A stretch of 30,232 bases of DNA from a virus (IMGVR_UViG_2897333091_000004); one strand, 5' to 3'. Shown: positions 18,605 to 28,193, counted from the stretch's first letter. Notes: generated by a model from the sequence alone, not told the origin. Numbers and translations: made by a program.

Positions 18605-19714
18605 ATGACCGACACCACCATGCAATTGCTCAGTCAGAGCACAGACCCCGTGAAAATGCCGGATTTTGATATTCTCGCCGAGGGGGAAACACTGTCCGGC
18701 GTGGCAGAGCGCCTGATGAGCCTGTCACTGACCGACAACCGGGGATTTGAAGCAGACCAGCTCACCATCACGCTGGATGATGCTGATGGTCAGTTGCAGT
18801 TGCCGCCACGGGGCGCTCGCCTGACGGTTCTCATTGGCTGGAAAGGCGAACCGCTGACAGAAAAAGGCACTTACATTGTTGATGAAATTGCTCATGAAGG
18901 ACCGCCCGACAGACTGACCATTTCAGCCAGAAGCGCAGATTTTCGGGATGAATTTAACGTCAAGCGCGAAGTGTCCTGGCATGATGTGACCGTTGAGCGA
19001 GTGGTATCCGCCATCGCTCATCGGTACGGTCTGAAACCGCAAATCAGCGAAATGCTGATGGATATCGAAATCGACCACGCCGACCAGACCGAAGAAAGCG
19101 ATATGTCCTTCCTTACGCGCATGGCGGAAATGCTGGGCGCAATCACCACGGTAAAAAGCGGCAATCTGTTATTCATCATGCCCGGTGGTGGCGTGAACGC
19201 ACAGGGCCAGCCGTTGCCCTCGTTCGCCATTACACGCAGCAGCGGCGATCGCCATCAGTTCCGTATTGCTGACCGCGAGGCGTATACGGGGGTACGCGCC
19301 TACTGGCTTGATCTTAATTACGGGAAAAAGAAAAAGGTCAGCGTAAAACGCCGTAAACCGCCAAAACCCAAAAAGGAGAAAAGCAGCAGCCGTGAAGGTG
19401 ATTATATGGAAGGTGCGGAAGGCAATGTGTTTGTGTTACGCAAGACTTATCAGAACGAGCAGGCAGCAAGACGCGCAGCGGCGGCAAAGTGGCAGCAGCT
19501 ACAACGCGGAGCCGCATCATTTTCCATCACGCTGGCACGTGGACGTGCAGAACTCTACCCCGAAATGCATGGCACGGTAACAGGATTTAAAAGCGAGATT
19601 GATAATCAGGACTGGATTATTGCAAAAGCCGAGCACACCATTGATAACAGCGGCTTTACCACGCAGCTTGAGCTTGAGGCAAAAATCCCGGAATGGATAG
19701 CGGAAACAGAGTGA
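18605..19714 (+). CDS. D: P2 gpD-like tail protein (late control gene D family)
   Basis: ATG at 18605 with a GGAGGG SD (the track ORF start at 18473 is an upstream extension); about 370 aa; followed by ogr as in P2. Confidence 0.8.
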   Translation: MTDTTMQLLSQSTDPVKMPDFDILAEGETLSGVAERLMSLSLTDNRGFEADQLTITLDDADGQLQLPPRGARLTVLIGWKGEPLTEKGTYIVDEIAHEGPPDRLTISARSADFRDEFNVKREVSWHDVTVERVVSAIAHRYGLKPQISEMLMDIEIDHADQTEESDMSFLTRMAEMLGAITTVKSGNLLFIMPGGGVNAQGQPLPSFAITRSSGDRHQFRIADREAYTGVRAYWLDLNYGKKKKVSVKRRKPPKPKKEKSSSREGDYMEGAEGNVFVLRKTYQNEQAARRAAAAKWQQLQRGAASFSITLARGRAELYPEMHGTVTGFKSEIDNQDWIIAKAEHTIDNSGFTTQLELEAKIPEWIAETE

Positions 19715-19756
19715 GCAACTTAGAATAGCGGCAGCACCACGTTAAGGGAGGTCGCT

Positions 19757-20017
19757 ATGTTCCGTTGTCCGCTTTGTGGCGCATCTGCCCGTATCCGCAC
19801 CAGTCGTCCAGAAAATGATTCAAACACCGTGCGGCAAAAGTATTACCAGTGTAACAACCTGGAATGCGGCGTATGCTTCTCAACACTGGAAGCTTTCCAT
19901 AAATTCACATCAAAACACGCCTCCGGCGTTCACTCTTCAGAAGATATCCCGTGGCATGATCTGCCAGCTTCACACAGGGGAAACAATCAGATGAGTTTGC
20001 CTTTATCTCAGAATTAA
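19757..20017 (+). CDS. ogr: Ogr/Delta-family zinc-finger late-gene transcription activator
   Basis: MFRCPLCGASARIRTSR...YYQCNNLECG, the C-x2-C...C-x4-C pattern and N-terminus of P2 Ogr. Confidence 0.85.
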   Translation: MFRCPLCGASARIRTSRPENDSNTVRQKYYQCNNLECGVCFSTLEAFHKFTSKHASGVHSSEDIPWHDLPASHRGNNQMSLPLSQN

Positions 20018-20088
20018 CAGGCAGAATTGCCGGAGTAACAAAAAAGCGATAGATTACGCGCGGGTGCCTTTCGGCTGATGGTCGGAGG

Positions 20089-20188
20089 NNNNNNNNNNNN
20101 NNNNNNNNNNNNNNNNNNNNNNNNNNNNNNNNNNNNNNNNNNNNNNNNNNNNNNNNNNNNNNNNNNNNNNNNNNNNNNNNNNNNNNNN
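20089..20188. other. assembly gap (100 N)
   Basis: Run of 100 N. Confidence 1.
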
Positions 20189-20520
20189 GTGACGGCGATA
20201 CCGTAGAGCAGATGGTTATACATCCGTTCATTGGCTTTGAGCAGCCCTTCATTCAGCGCCGGAGAACAGACCTGTGATATCAGGTTATCCAGTGCTTTTT
20301 CCGATAACTGGCAGGTTTTGCCACCCGCTATAAAGGAACGCTTCGACAGCTCTTCACGCAGAACCGGACGCAGCACCACCTCATCCTGTTTATAGCCCCG
20401 GTAATCCATAATCTGTTTCGGAGATAAAAACGTCCAGCCGAGGCTGGTCAGTAACGTCAGTGCCGGAATTTTGGCGCTGTATTCTTCCTGGAATTTAGGC
20501 GTGTACGTCTGGTTCATCAT
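20189..20520 (-). CDS. hsdR: N-terminal fragment of a probable type I restriction endonuclease R subunit (cut by the contig edge)
   Basis: Last gene of the hsdM-hsdS operon, preceded by an AAAGGA RBS; N-terminus has the general HsdR_N-like character. Identification is by position and weak pattern only. Confidence 0.4.
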
Positions 20521-20569
20521 TAATCCTTTTCTTTCTGGCGCTACTCGCTACTGGTCACATGAAGATTCA

Positions 20570-21253
20570 TCAATGCAGACAGCACTTCTTAAATTTTTTA
20601 CCGCTGCCACACGGACACGGGTCATTTCGCCCGGGCATGTTTTCTGCCCCCTTCACTGGAACAGGCCGGGATGATGCCTCTGACATTCTCACCGACAACC
20701 AGTGCTGGTAAAGCGCCAGTGCCGCAGGCTGAATGAGAGTAATACTCTGTTCAAATTGAACAGGTGACATTTTCTCAACCACTGGGAAGTTCTTTTCGAT
20801 ACCATGAAGGGCTATCGCCTCCAGCGAGGGACGTAAGGCCTCTGGCAAGGCTGACCAGTCATCCAGAGACCGGCCTTTCATATACCCGAAACACCACTCT
20901 TCGACGATTGTATATGTCTTCCCCTTCACCTCACGTCCATTGAAAATCGGTTCAAACTGTTCAGGGGCCTCATACAGGCAGCCAGCGATATCGTTCATAT
21001 GCTGAAAACACAGCCCCACAAAACGCGTCATCTCTTTTTCAGTGGTCCAGTGAGGGTAGTAGTCACCTCGCCCCCAGATAGCACTAAGCCAGGTATTAGG
21101 GGGGATCATATTCGGGCCAGAGACAATCGCTGTCAGAAAGCCATCCAGCTCAGAGAAACAGAGCACAGAGTCATCATTGCCGTATTTCAGCAACACCTCT
21201 TCCAGCCAGTCGATTTCCCGGTCAATCAGCGGCCCGCTTTTCGTCAGTTTCAT
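20570..21253 (-). CDS. YecA-like protein with a C-terminal SEC-C zinc-binding motif
   Basis: Terminal [20 protein letters not shown] is a canonical SEC-C motif; the body resembles the UPF0149/YecA family. The start ATG overlaps the hsdS stop (ATGA). Confidence 0.75.
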   Translation of the reverse strand: MKLTKSGPLIDREIDWLEEVLLKYGNDDSVLCFSELDGFLTAIVSGPNMIPPNTWLSAIWGRGDYYPHWTTEKEMTRFVGLCFQHMNDIAGCLYEAPEQFEPIFNGREVKGKTYTIVEEWCFGYMKGRSLDDWSALPEALRPSLEAIALHGIEKNFPVVEKMSPVQFEQSITLIQPAALALYQHWLSVRMSEASSRPVPVKGAENMPGRNDPCPCGSGKKFKKCCLH

Positions 21254-22476
21254 TCGGCAACCGCCTCATCGACCTTAACACGACGTTTGCCAGTCAATAG
21301 CTGTTGCATCAGGGCTTTTTTCTCATCTCTCAGGCAGGCGAGTTTTTTCTCCAGCGTGGAGATTTCGGTGTCAGCAGCGGACAGCACGGCGGCGATTTTT
21401 TGTTGCTCTTTAATAAATGGGCAAGAAAAGCTTAAAGTTTCAAAATCTTTCTTGGAAAGTTCTAAAAATGTTGAGCCAGATGATTTTTTGATCATCTCAT
21501 TTGTGTTCATTTGCAACAAATAATAAATAAATTCGATATTAAACCCTTCATTCGGAATGATGTTTTTAAAACCTTGATTGGTACAAATTTCCGATGTCGA
21601 AATTGCTAAAGCACCAATGGTAGCTCTTGTACATACCATCAAACTACCTTTTGGCAAAAGAACAGCTGAGCTATTTAGTAATCCCGCAGGAGTAATTTTT
21701 CTACTAGTATTGCTAACGAACCTACCCGTTAATGCAGTAACATCAGTTGGGGTAAGCCATAGAATATCGCCTTCCCAATACATGGCCATGTTTGTATCAG
21801 GTGTTCCACCGGATACAACTTTGCCCATTTGTATTAGTTTAGTAATTTTCCACTCCCCACTAAACCTCACCCCATTCTCATCCAGCAACCGTTTATTCCC
21901 GGTAAGCAATTGCTGCATCAGGGCTTTTTTCTGCTGTTGACTGTTGGCGAGAAGGCTTTCCGTCACCGAAATTGCCTTATCCCAGGCGGTCAGAATTTGA
22001 GATATTTTATCTTGTTCACAAATAGCAGGAGTTTTTATGTTTAACGCTCTAATATCAGAAAGGTTAATTCTAGAAAAGGTAGAACCACCTGCACTTTTTG
22101 CTATCTGTCGCTGGACTAAATCTGATTGTAATGTGTAGTAAATAAACCGCCAATCTGCATGGATTGCTTTAATTAAGACAGTGTCTTGCCCTAATACAAA
22201 TGGCTTTTTGGAATCCACATAGCTAACAACACCGACAGACTGGTTACGACTCATAACCAAATCACCTTGTTCAACAACACAGTGATCCATCAGAGAGCGA
22301 TATTCTTCTTCTGTAACTCTTTTTACAGGTGAAATCAGATCTAAGGCTCCCCATTTTATCGTCCCCGGTGAGACAAGTGGTATTCCCGATTTAACGTACT
22401 CAGGAGTCCTGTGTTTGCAATCGATTATCGACGCAACCGATGAGAGTTTCTGAGATGACCACCCCTTAGGAATCAT
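21250..22476 (-). CDS. hsdS: type I restriction-modification specificity subunit
   Basis: Two target-recognition halves separated and followed by the repeated conserved block [11 protein letters not shown]; overlaps the 3' end of hsdM. Confidence 0.85.
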   Translation of the reverse strand: MIPKGWSSQKLSSVASIIDCKHRTPEYVKSGIPLVSPGTIKWGALDLISPVKRVTEEEYRSLMDHCVVEQGDLVMSRNQSVGVVSYVDSKKPFVLGQDTVLIKAIHADWRFIYYTLQSDLVQRQIAKSAGGSTFSRINLSDIRALNIKTPAICEQDKISQILTAWDKAISVTESLLANSQQQKKALMQQLLTGNKRLLDENGVRFSGEWKITKLIQMGKVVSGGTPDTNMAMYWEGDILWLTPTDVTALTGRFVSNTSRKITPAGLLNSSAVLLPKGSLMVCTRATIGALAISTSEICTNQGFKNIIPNEGFNIEFIYYLLQMNTNEMIKKSSGSTFLELSKKDFETLSFSCPFIKEQQKIAAVLSAADTEISTLEKKLACLRDEKKALMQQLLTGKRRVKVDEAVAE

Positions 22477-23989
22477 AACCCAACTCCTTCAAATATCCAG
22501 CCATCTCCGTTTCCAGCTTCGCCAATTCCGCTTTCAGTTGCTCACGCTCAGCACGTACCGCCAGCAAATCGATCTCTTCCTCTTCTTCAAAGGTATCGAC
22601 ATAGCGCGGAATATTGAGGTTGTAATCGTTGTCCTGAATCTCTTTCAGGCTGGCAAGGTAGGCATATTTCTCGACGTTATCGCCATCACGGTAGGTCTTG
22701 ACGATTTTCTTAATGTTTTCTTCGCTAAGCTGGTTCTGGTTTTTACCTGCCTTGAATTCACGACTGGCATCGATAAACAGCACCTTGTCATCAACTTTCT
22801 GCTTTTTGAAAATCAGAATCGCAGCCGGAATCCCCGTACCGTAGAACAGTTTTTCCGGCAGACCAATTACCGCATCCAGCAAATTTTCGTCGATCAGTTT
22901 CTGGCGAATTTTACCTTCGCTGGAGCCACGGAAAAGCACACCGTGTGGCACAACTACGCCCATACGGCCAGTTCCCGGTTTCAGGGTTTCGATCATATGC
23001 GAGATAAAAGCGTAATCTCCTTTAGTCTTCGGCGGTACACCGCGACGAAAACGGCCAAACTTATCGTTCTCGGCCTCGTCATGGCCCCACTTATCGAGGC
23101 TGAACGGTGGGTTAGCGGTCACGATATCAAACAGCATCAGGTCGCCATTTTTATCGAGCAGCTTCGGGTTGCGAATGGTATCGCCCCACTCGATTTTATG
23201 GTTGTCTTCCCCGTGCAGGAACATATTCATTTTCGCCAGCGACCACGTAGAACCGATCGCTTCCTGACCGAACAATGCATAGTTACGACTATCATGCCCG
23301 GAGACAATTTTACGCCCACACTTCATCAATAATGAACCGGAACCACAGGCTGGATCGCAGATGGTATCACCCGGTTGCGGATCGAGCAGTTCTGCAATCA
23401 GGTCCGAAACTTCCGGCGGGGTATAGAACTCCCCGGCTTTCTGCCCACCGCTGGCGGCAAAGTTTTTGATCAGGTATTCGTAAGCATTGCCGATAACGTC
23501 CAGCGTACCGACACGACTCGGCTTCAGGTTGAGATCTTCACCGGCGAAGTCTTCCAGTAGCTGACGAAGGATGGTGTTTTTCTGTTTTTCTTCGCCAAGA
23601 CGATCGGTGTTAAACGAAATATCCTGGAACACGCTTTTCCCGGCATCTTTCAGTTTGGTTCCGTTGGCTTCTTCGATTGCATGCAGAGCCTGATCGATAC
23701 GCTCACCGTTACCCGGCTCATGGCGGCGTTCGTACAGCGCATAAAAGCTGGCACTTTTTGGCAGTACAAAACGCTCGTTGGCCATCATCGCTTCAATCAG
23801 TTCCGGCACATCGCCATACTGTTCTTTGTATTCGTCATAGTGATCCTGCCAGACATCTGAAATGTACTTGAGGAACAGCATGGTAAGGATAAAGTCTTTA
23901 TAGGTATCAGCACTGATGGTGCCACGGAACGTATCACACGCGGCCCACAGGGCTTTGTTGATCGTGTCCTGACTGATTTTGTCGTTCAT
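22466..23989 (-). CDS. hsdM: type I restriction-modification N6-adenine DNA methyltransferase
   Basis: AdoMet-binding motif DPACGSGSLL and catalytic NPPF motif; 507 aa. Confidence 0.9.
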   Translation of the reverse strand: MNDKISQDTINKALWAACDTFRGTISADTYKDFILTMLFLKYISDVWQDHYDEYKEQYGDVPELIEAMMANERFVLPKSASFYALYERRHEPGNGERIDQALHAIEEANGTKLKDAGKSVFQDISFNTDRLGEEKQKNTILRQLLEDFAGEDLNLKPSRVGTLDVIGNAYEYLIKNFAASGGQKAGEFYTPPEVSDLIAELLDPQPGDTICDPACGSGSLLMKCGRKIVSGHDSRNYALFGQEAIGSTWSLAKMNMFLHGEDNHKIEWGDTIRNPKLLDKNGDLMLFDIVTANPPFSLDKWGHDEAENDKFGRFRRGVPPKTKGDYAFISHMIETLKPGTGRMGVVVPHGVLFRGSSEGKIRQKLIDENLLDAVIGLPEKLFYGTGIPAAILIFKKQKVDDKVLFIDASREFKAGKNQNQLSEENIKKIVKTYRDGDNVEKYAYLASLKEIQDNDYNLNIPRYVDTFEEEEEIDLLAVRAEREQLKAELAKLETEMAGYLKELGYDS

Positions 23990-24207
23990 GAATCATCCTG
24001 GTCTGAAGAAAAAGCTAGCGATGCAGGGCTTTGCATCTTAAAAATTGCGGTAAATGATACCGTAAGATGCCTCCCCTGACACGCCAATATCGCAGCATTC
24101 AGGTTTGCATCATCCCCGTAATATCGACATGAGACAGACTGACACAACCGGGCTCGTCACTCGCTAAAAACCAATTATCTTAGTAAGATAGCATCCATAT
24201 TAGCCAT

Positions 24208-24233
24208 GGTGTAAAACTGCCGTTGGGGTAATG
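24208..24233 (+). repeat. direct repeat copy 1 (GGTGTAAAACTGCCGTTGGGGTAATG)
   Basis: 24 of 26 identical to 26180-26205, with weaker similarity extending about 25 bp further. Confidence 0.6.
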
Positions 24234-24361
24234 ATGATCCATATATCACCCGTTCTGGTGTGTGAAGCTGACATGATCCATAATCGGCAACGTTGATGCC
24301 CTTTGATTGTAATAGTGGCCGTCAATGTGATTCCCTTGTTGACTGGAGGTCTCCGGATAGT

Positions 24362-24628
24362 ATGAGTATTGCTAATTGCGTTATCGGCCCACTTTACGAT
24401 GAGCAAATAAAAAAAACACTTATGTATGCTGACCATAAATTCAAGCGGCTAATGAATACACGAATGTCGTTACTCGAACATTTATCACCCCACTATGACT
24501 TATCTTCCATGTTCAGCTATGAGTTGGAGGGAAGAGTTTTTCGGATTAAATTGATCAAGCCTGAGATTAAATTATCTCGCCAGCAGTTGATCTTCTCCTC
24601 ACTCTTTTTAGAGCAAGATTTTCGGTAA
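24362..24628 (+). CDS. hypothetical protein, probably truncated by the IS1 insertion (stop codon supplied by the IS1 terminus)
   Basis: ORF (MSIANCVIGPLYDEQIKK...) ends at a TAA formed by the first bases of IS1 (GGTAATG); AT-rich. Confidence 0.35.
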   Translation: MSIANCVIGPLYDEQIKKTLMYADHKFKRLMNTRMSLLEHLSPHYDLSSMFSYELEGRVFRIKLIKPEIKLSRQQLIFSSLFLEQDFR

Positions 24629-24638
24629 TGACTCCAAC

Positions 24639-25142
24639 TTACTGATAGTGTTTTATGTTCAGATAATGCCCGATGACCTTGTCATGCAGCTCCACCGATT
24701 TTGAGAACGACAGTGACTTCCGTCCCAGCCTTGCCAGATGTTGTCTCAGATTCAGATTATGTCGCTCAATGCGCTGAGTGTAACGCTTGCTGATAACGTG
24801 CAGCTTTCCCTTCAGGCGTGATTCATACAGCGGCCAGCCATCCGTCATCCATACCACGACCTCAAAGGCCGACAGCAGGCTCAGAAGACGCTCCAGTGTG
24901 GCCAGAGTGCGTTCACCAAAGACGTGCGCCACAACCGTCCTCCGTATCCTGTCATAAGCGTAAAACAGCCAGCGCTGACGTGATTTAGCACCGACGTAGC
25001 CCCACTGTTCGTCCATTTCAGCGCAGACAATCACATCACTGCCCGGTTGTATGCGCGAGGTTACCGACTGCGGCCTGAGTTTTTTAAGTGACGTAAAACC
25101 GTGTTGAGGCCAACGCCCATAATGCGTGCACTGGCGCGACAT
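24639..25142 (-). CDS. insB: IS1 InsB (transposase frame, expressed as InsAB' by a -1 frameshift)
   Basis: 167-aa ORF overlapping the insA 3' end in the -1 frame. Confidence 0.9.
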   Translation of the reverse strand: MSRQCTHYGRWPQHGFTSLKKLRPQSVTSRIQPGSDVIVCAEMDEQWGYVGAKSRQRWLFYAYDRIRRTVVAHVFGERTLATLERLLSLLSAFEVVVWMTDGWPLYESRLKGKLHVISKRYTQRIERHNLNLRQHLARLGRKSLSFSKSVELHDKVIGHYLNIKHYQ

Positions 25143-25336
25143 CCGACGCCATTCATGGCCATATCAATGATTTTCTGGTGCGTACCGGGCTGAGAGGCGG
25201 TGTAAGTGAACTGTAGTTGCCATGTTTTACGGCAATGAGAGCAGAGATAGCGCTGATGTCCGGCAGTGCTTTTGCCGTTACGCACCACGCCTTCAGTAGC
25301 GGAGCAGGAAGGACATCTGATGGAAATGGAAGCCAC
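25061..25336 (-). CDS. insA: IS1 InsA
   Basis: [42 protein letters not shown]..., an InsA variant. Confidence 0.95.
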   Translation of the reverse strand: MASISIRCPSCSATEGVVRNGKSTAGHQRYLCSHCRKTWQLQFTYTASQPGTHQKIIDMAMNGVGCRASARIMGVGLNTVLRHLKNSGRSR

Positions 25337-25428
25337 GCAAGCACCTTAAAATCACCATCATACACTAAATCAGTAAGTTGGCAGCATTACCCGGAGCCAC
25401 CCCAATAACAAGTTATACAGAGAACATA

Positions 25429-25785
25429 ATGAAAATGGCTTACGGTTCAAAAATGGGGCATTTAAATATCTACAGTGAACATGATAAAGTACTTAACACG
25501 ATATACCCTCTCGTAGAGTCAGTAACGCCAATTGGGGTTCGGGAGGTGAGATTCAGACCTGCTCGGGTGATCAACTGGAAGTGGGATATTGGTCACACTG
25601 AATATATTACTTCAAACAGGATTGATTCATTAACACACTGGTTAAATGTTACCTGTGCCGATTTAGCTGATCCAGACGTAGAGCTCACTGACGACGACAT
25701 AAAATTGTTTAATGATATTATTGATCTTGCGAATTTAACACATCATAAAAACACTGTCGCACCTAAATTAATATCATTTGAGTAG
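25429..25785 (+). CDS. hypothetical protein (118 aa), AT-rich
   Basis: ATG at 25429 (MKMAYGSK...). The frame is open back into the IS1 end, so the true N-terminus may have been displaced by IS1. Confidence 0.4.
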   Translation: MKMAYGSKMGHLNIYSEHDKVLNTIYPLVESVTPIGVREVRFRPARVINWKWDIGHTEYITSNRIDSLTHWLNVTCADLADPDVELTDDDIKLFNDIIDLANLTHHKNTVAPKLISFE

Positions 25786-25866
25786 TTAAAAAAAGGTTGC
25801 ATTATAACGGGAGTGTATATTTACTCCCGTTAAGTTTCATATTTTATAGAATTGATATGGATTCGA

Positions 25867-26094
25867 TTAAAAATTTCGTCTAACTCGTTCCCTTATCAAA
25901 TTTGCCAGCCTTACCCTTCCAGGTGAAATAGTTTCCGTTACAATTTCAACTCTCAACAAATCACGCTGTCCGGTTCGGCGACTGACCGCGAAACGCTGAC
26001 ATATATCATTAACCGATACCGTATTACCGGTATACAGTTGTAGTAATATCCAGCACAGCCTTTCTGCGATCCTTTCACCGCGAGTTTTATACAT
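25867..26094 (-). CDS. short HTH protein resembling the N-terminal wHTH of WYL/BrxR-type regulators; possibly a truncated remnant
   Basis: ERLCWILLQLYTGNTVSVNDICQRFAVSRRTGQRDL fits the HTH pattern of WYL-domain regulators, but the ORF is only 75 aa with no WYL domain. Confidence 0.4.
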   Translation of the reverse strand: MYKTRGERIAERLCWILLQLYTGNTVSVNDICQRFAVSRRTGQRDLLRVEIVTETISPGRVRLANLIRERVRRNF

Positions 26095-26179
26095 CTGTAA
26101 AACCTTCAGTTATCGTCAACGATGACATAGTCCACCTCAAAACCTACATAACTGACTGTATTCATGAACATTTATTACC

Positions 26180-26205
26180 GGTGTAATACTGTCGTTGGGG
26201 TAATG
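26180..26205 (+). repeat. direct repeat copy 2 (GGTGTAATACTGTCGTTGGGGTAATG)
   Basis: See copy 1; the two copies bracket the IS1-containing 2-kb segment. Confidence 0.6.
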
Positions 26206-26245
26206 GATTAACCGTTATCACCCTGCTACAGGAGAATGCTCCATA

Positions 26246-26279
26246 GGGGGCAAAAACCACGAGGGATCTGAGATCCCCC
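26246..26279 (-). terminator. rho-independent terminator for the minus-strand four-gene cluster
   Basis: On the minus strand: GGGGG ATCTCAGATCCC hairpin followed by TCGTGGTTTTT; about 120 nt downstream of the last gene. Confidence 0.5.
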
Positions 26280-26395
26280 GTGTCTGCACTTGTTTATGCG
26301 AACAGCCAGGAAAAAGAGACATCATCTCCATGCTGTGATGCACGCCACATGCAGTAGATTACAAAGCCGCCCGCTTTCTTCCTGTTCATAACGGG

Positions 26396-26830
26396 TCAAC
26401 AACTTTCCACAGTTACCGTTACCCGGTAAATCCCCATAGAGAGATACTCCATAAAATTACGCTCCCACAGGGACCAGAGTTCATTCCTCTCTGCTGCCAG
26501 TGAAATATCCCCAATCAGATAATGGAAGACATAATTCCCCGACCAGCAGAAATCAATTTCTTTTTCCAGCTCAGGGTAGACACGCCCCATATAACTAAAA
26601 TCTGTGACATAATCAAAATACCATTCATTATTCTTACGGATAAACCGTATTTCAACGGGATGAAAGCCCCCGGATTCTGCACTGTAGTCCGGATCACGGA
26701 AATTAATAACCACTGCCTCAGTTATTTTTTGTAAAACCTGATTTGCCAGAAGAGTAGTAATATGCTGCTGAAATTCTTTAGTAACAGGCAGATTTAATCC
26801 TGCCTGTTTTAAGGCATATTGGGTTTGCAT
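26396..26830 (-). CDS. hypothetical protein (144 aa), last gene of the four-gene cluster
   Basis: Long AT-rich ORF co-directional with the cluster; no recognisable motif. Confidence 0.55.
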   Translation of the reverse strand: MQTQYALKQAGLNLPVTKEFQQHITTLLANQVLQKITEAVVINFRDPDYSAESGGFHPVEIRFIRKNNEWYFDYVTDFSYMGRVYPELEKEIDFCWSGNYVFHYLIGDISLAAERNELWSLWERNFMEYLSMGIYRVTVTVESC

Positions 26831-26902
26831 AATAAATTTTCCTTTAGAAAGTAAATAGCGGTGTGTGGTGATTTCTGGTTGTATAACAGTGCAGGAAATA
26901 AA

Positions 26903-27436
26903 TTAATCCTCTGTAATCTTTTCCTGGCTACTGATCGTATTAAGTTTATTCAACCGCTCCCTCCAGTCCGGGTATAATACATGAGTAAATAACTTCTCTG
27001 GATGTGCCTCCAGCAGACATATATCCGGGGAGCGTAAAACAGCAGCCAGAAAACCTGCATTGTTGGCGCTTGCCCCTTTGAATAACGGCCTGAATACTCC
27101 GGATGAGAAGCCGGTAGCAGGTTGTGTTTCCAGAACGGTTGCAATCTTTGAAAGTGAGATCCAGTCCTTAGAGAACAACCCTCCACAGCCATTTGCCACC
27201 AGACGAAGATAAAGTTCATTGTCCACCTCTGATATCGCCAGTTGCCATGTCAGCATACCACTTGCCTTAGGACTGATTTTTTCTGCCTGGCCTGTTTCAA
27301 TGAGCAACTGATAGTCTTTTACATCAGATAATGTTTGTTCATCTGCACTGAGATTTTCATGAATAACCTCTGCCTCATTTTTAATCTCCTTCGAAACTGA
27401 CTCAACATTATTTTTAACTAATTTTGATTTACTCAT
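26903..27436 (-). CDS. hypothetical protein (177 aa)
   Basis: Co-directional; contains a GCGG segment; no recognisable domain. Confidence 0.55.
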   Translation of the reverse strand: MSKSKLVKNNVESVSKEIKNEAEVIHENLSADEQTLSDVKDYQLLIETGQAEKISPKASGMLTWQLAISEVDNELYLRLVANGCGGLFSKDWISLSKIATVLETQPATGFSSGVFRPLFKGASANNAGFLAAVLRSPDICLLEAHPEKLFTHVLYPDWRERLNKLNTISSQEKITED

Positions 27437-27461
27437 TTTGCGTTCCTGGTTTTGCTTGTGT

Positions 27462-27833
27462 TTAATAGCGTGATTCGGCCATAGAAATTAATAAATCAAT
27501 ACCCTTCAGAGGGCAATCGGGGTGAAATAACAGATAAATACCGTTCCCGTTATCTTCCGTAACAGAAAGCATCAGGTAATAGTCATCTGTCAGACGGACT
27601 ACAAATTCTGGATTTGCAATTAACTGATGAATCACATTTAATACCTGCGTTTTAATATCTTCAGGTACATCATCGGGCTCGACATATATTAATGTCACCC
27701 CGACTTCATCCCAGAAACTCATTGCAGAGTATTCATCTTCAAATGGGAGTACCAGCTCTGTTTTCAACAGACTCATTACTGACTCCGGAAGAAGGAGCGA
27801 CGGCAGGTCTTGCCAATTCGAGACAAATTTCAT
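27462..27833 (-). CDS. hypothetical acidic protein (123 aa)
   Basis: Co-directional, 25 nt upstream of the next gene; strongly acidic composition. Confidence 0.55.
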   Translation of the reverse strand: MKFVSNWQDLPSLLLPESVMSLLKTELVLPFEDEYSAMSFWDEVGVTLIYVEPDDVPEDIKTQVLNVIHQLIANPEFVVRLTDDYYLMLSVTEDNGNGIYLLFHPDCPLKGIDLLISMAESRY

Positions 27834-27926
27834 TGAATAATCCTCATAAACAAAAAACCCGATACGTTTTAAGTATCGGGGTTACATAGACAGGCTAAAG
27901 AATCTGGAATTGCCTTCAGTGGTCAT

Positions 27927-28178
27927 CTATATTCTTTCATAATATCCACAATCCTTGCAGATCAGCACTGGCGCATTATTCCTTTCACGCTGTTCAAGGA
28001 ATCTAAAGAGACGTTGTATCGCCCTGATGATTTCTTTAAGCAATTCTGGTAATTGCTCCGGGCTAATATAACCGGATGTCGATGTCAGAAACCGGTCATC
28101 GCGAGTCACCTTTGCTATATTTCCGGCAGTTTCTGTCACTGTATTTCGGCTACCACACTTAGGACATTTTAACGGCAT
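27927..28178 (-). CDS. small zinc-ribbon protein (CPKCG...CKDCG), directly downstream of the integrase
   Basis: Two CxxC pairs at the N- and C-termini; GGAG SD 7 nt before the ATG at 28176-28178 (the track ORF starts two codons earlier at 28184). Confidence 0.55.
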   Translation of the reverse strand: MPLKCPKCGSRNTVTETAGNIAKVTRDDRFLTSTSGYISPEQLPELLKEIIRAIQRLFRFLEQRERNNAPVLICKDCGYYERI

Positions 28179-28193
28179 ACTCATACTCCACGT

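Larger units (their letters stand above)
24624..25391 (-). mobile_element. complete IS1 element (about 768 bp) with terminal inverted repeats and no target-site duplication
   Basis: Ends GGTAATGACTCCAACTTACTGAT... and ...ATCAGTAAGTTGGCAGCATTACC; contains insA and insB. The 9-bp flanks differ (AAGATTTTC vs CGGAGCCAC). Confidence 0.95.

Noticed and set aside
22538-23332. 264-aa ORF antisense to hsdM
   Set aside because: Lies within hsdM, whose methyltransferase motifs are unambiguous; an AT-rich antisense frame.
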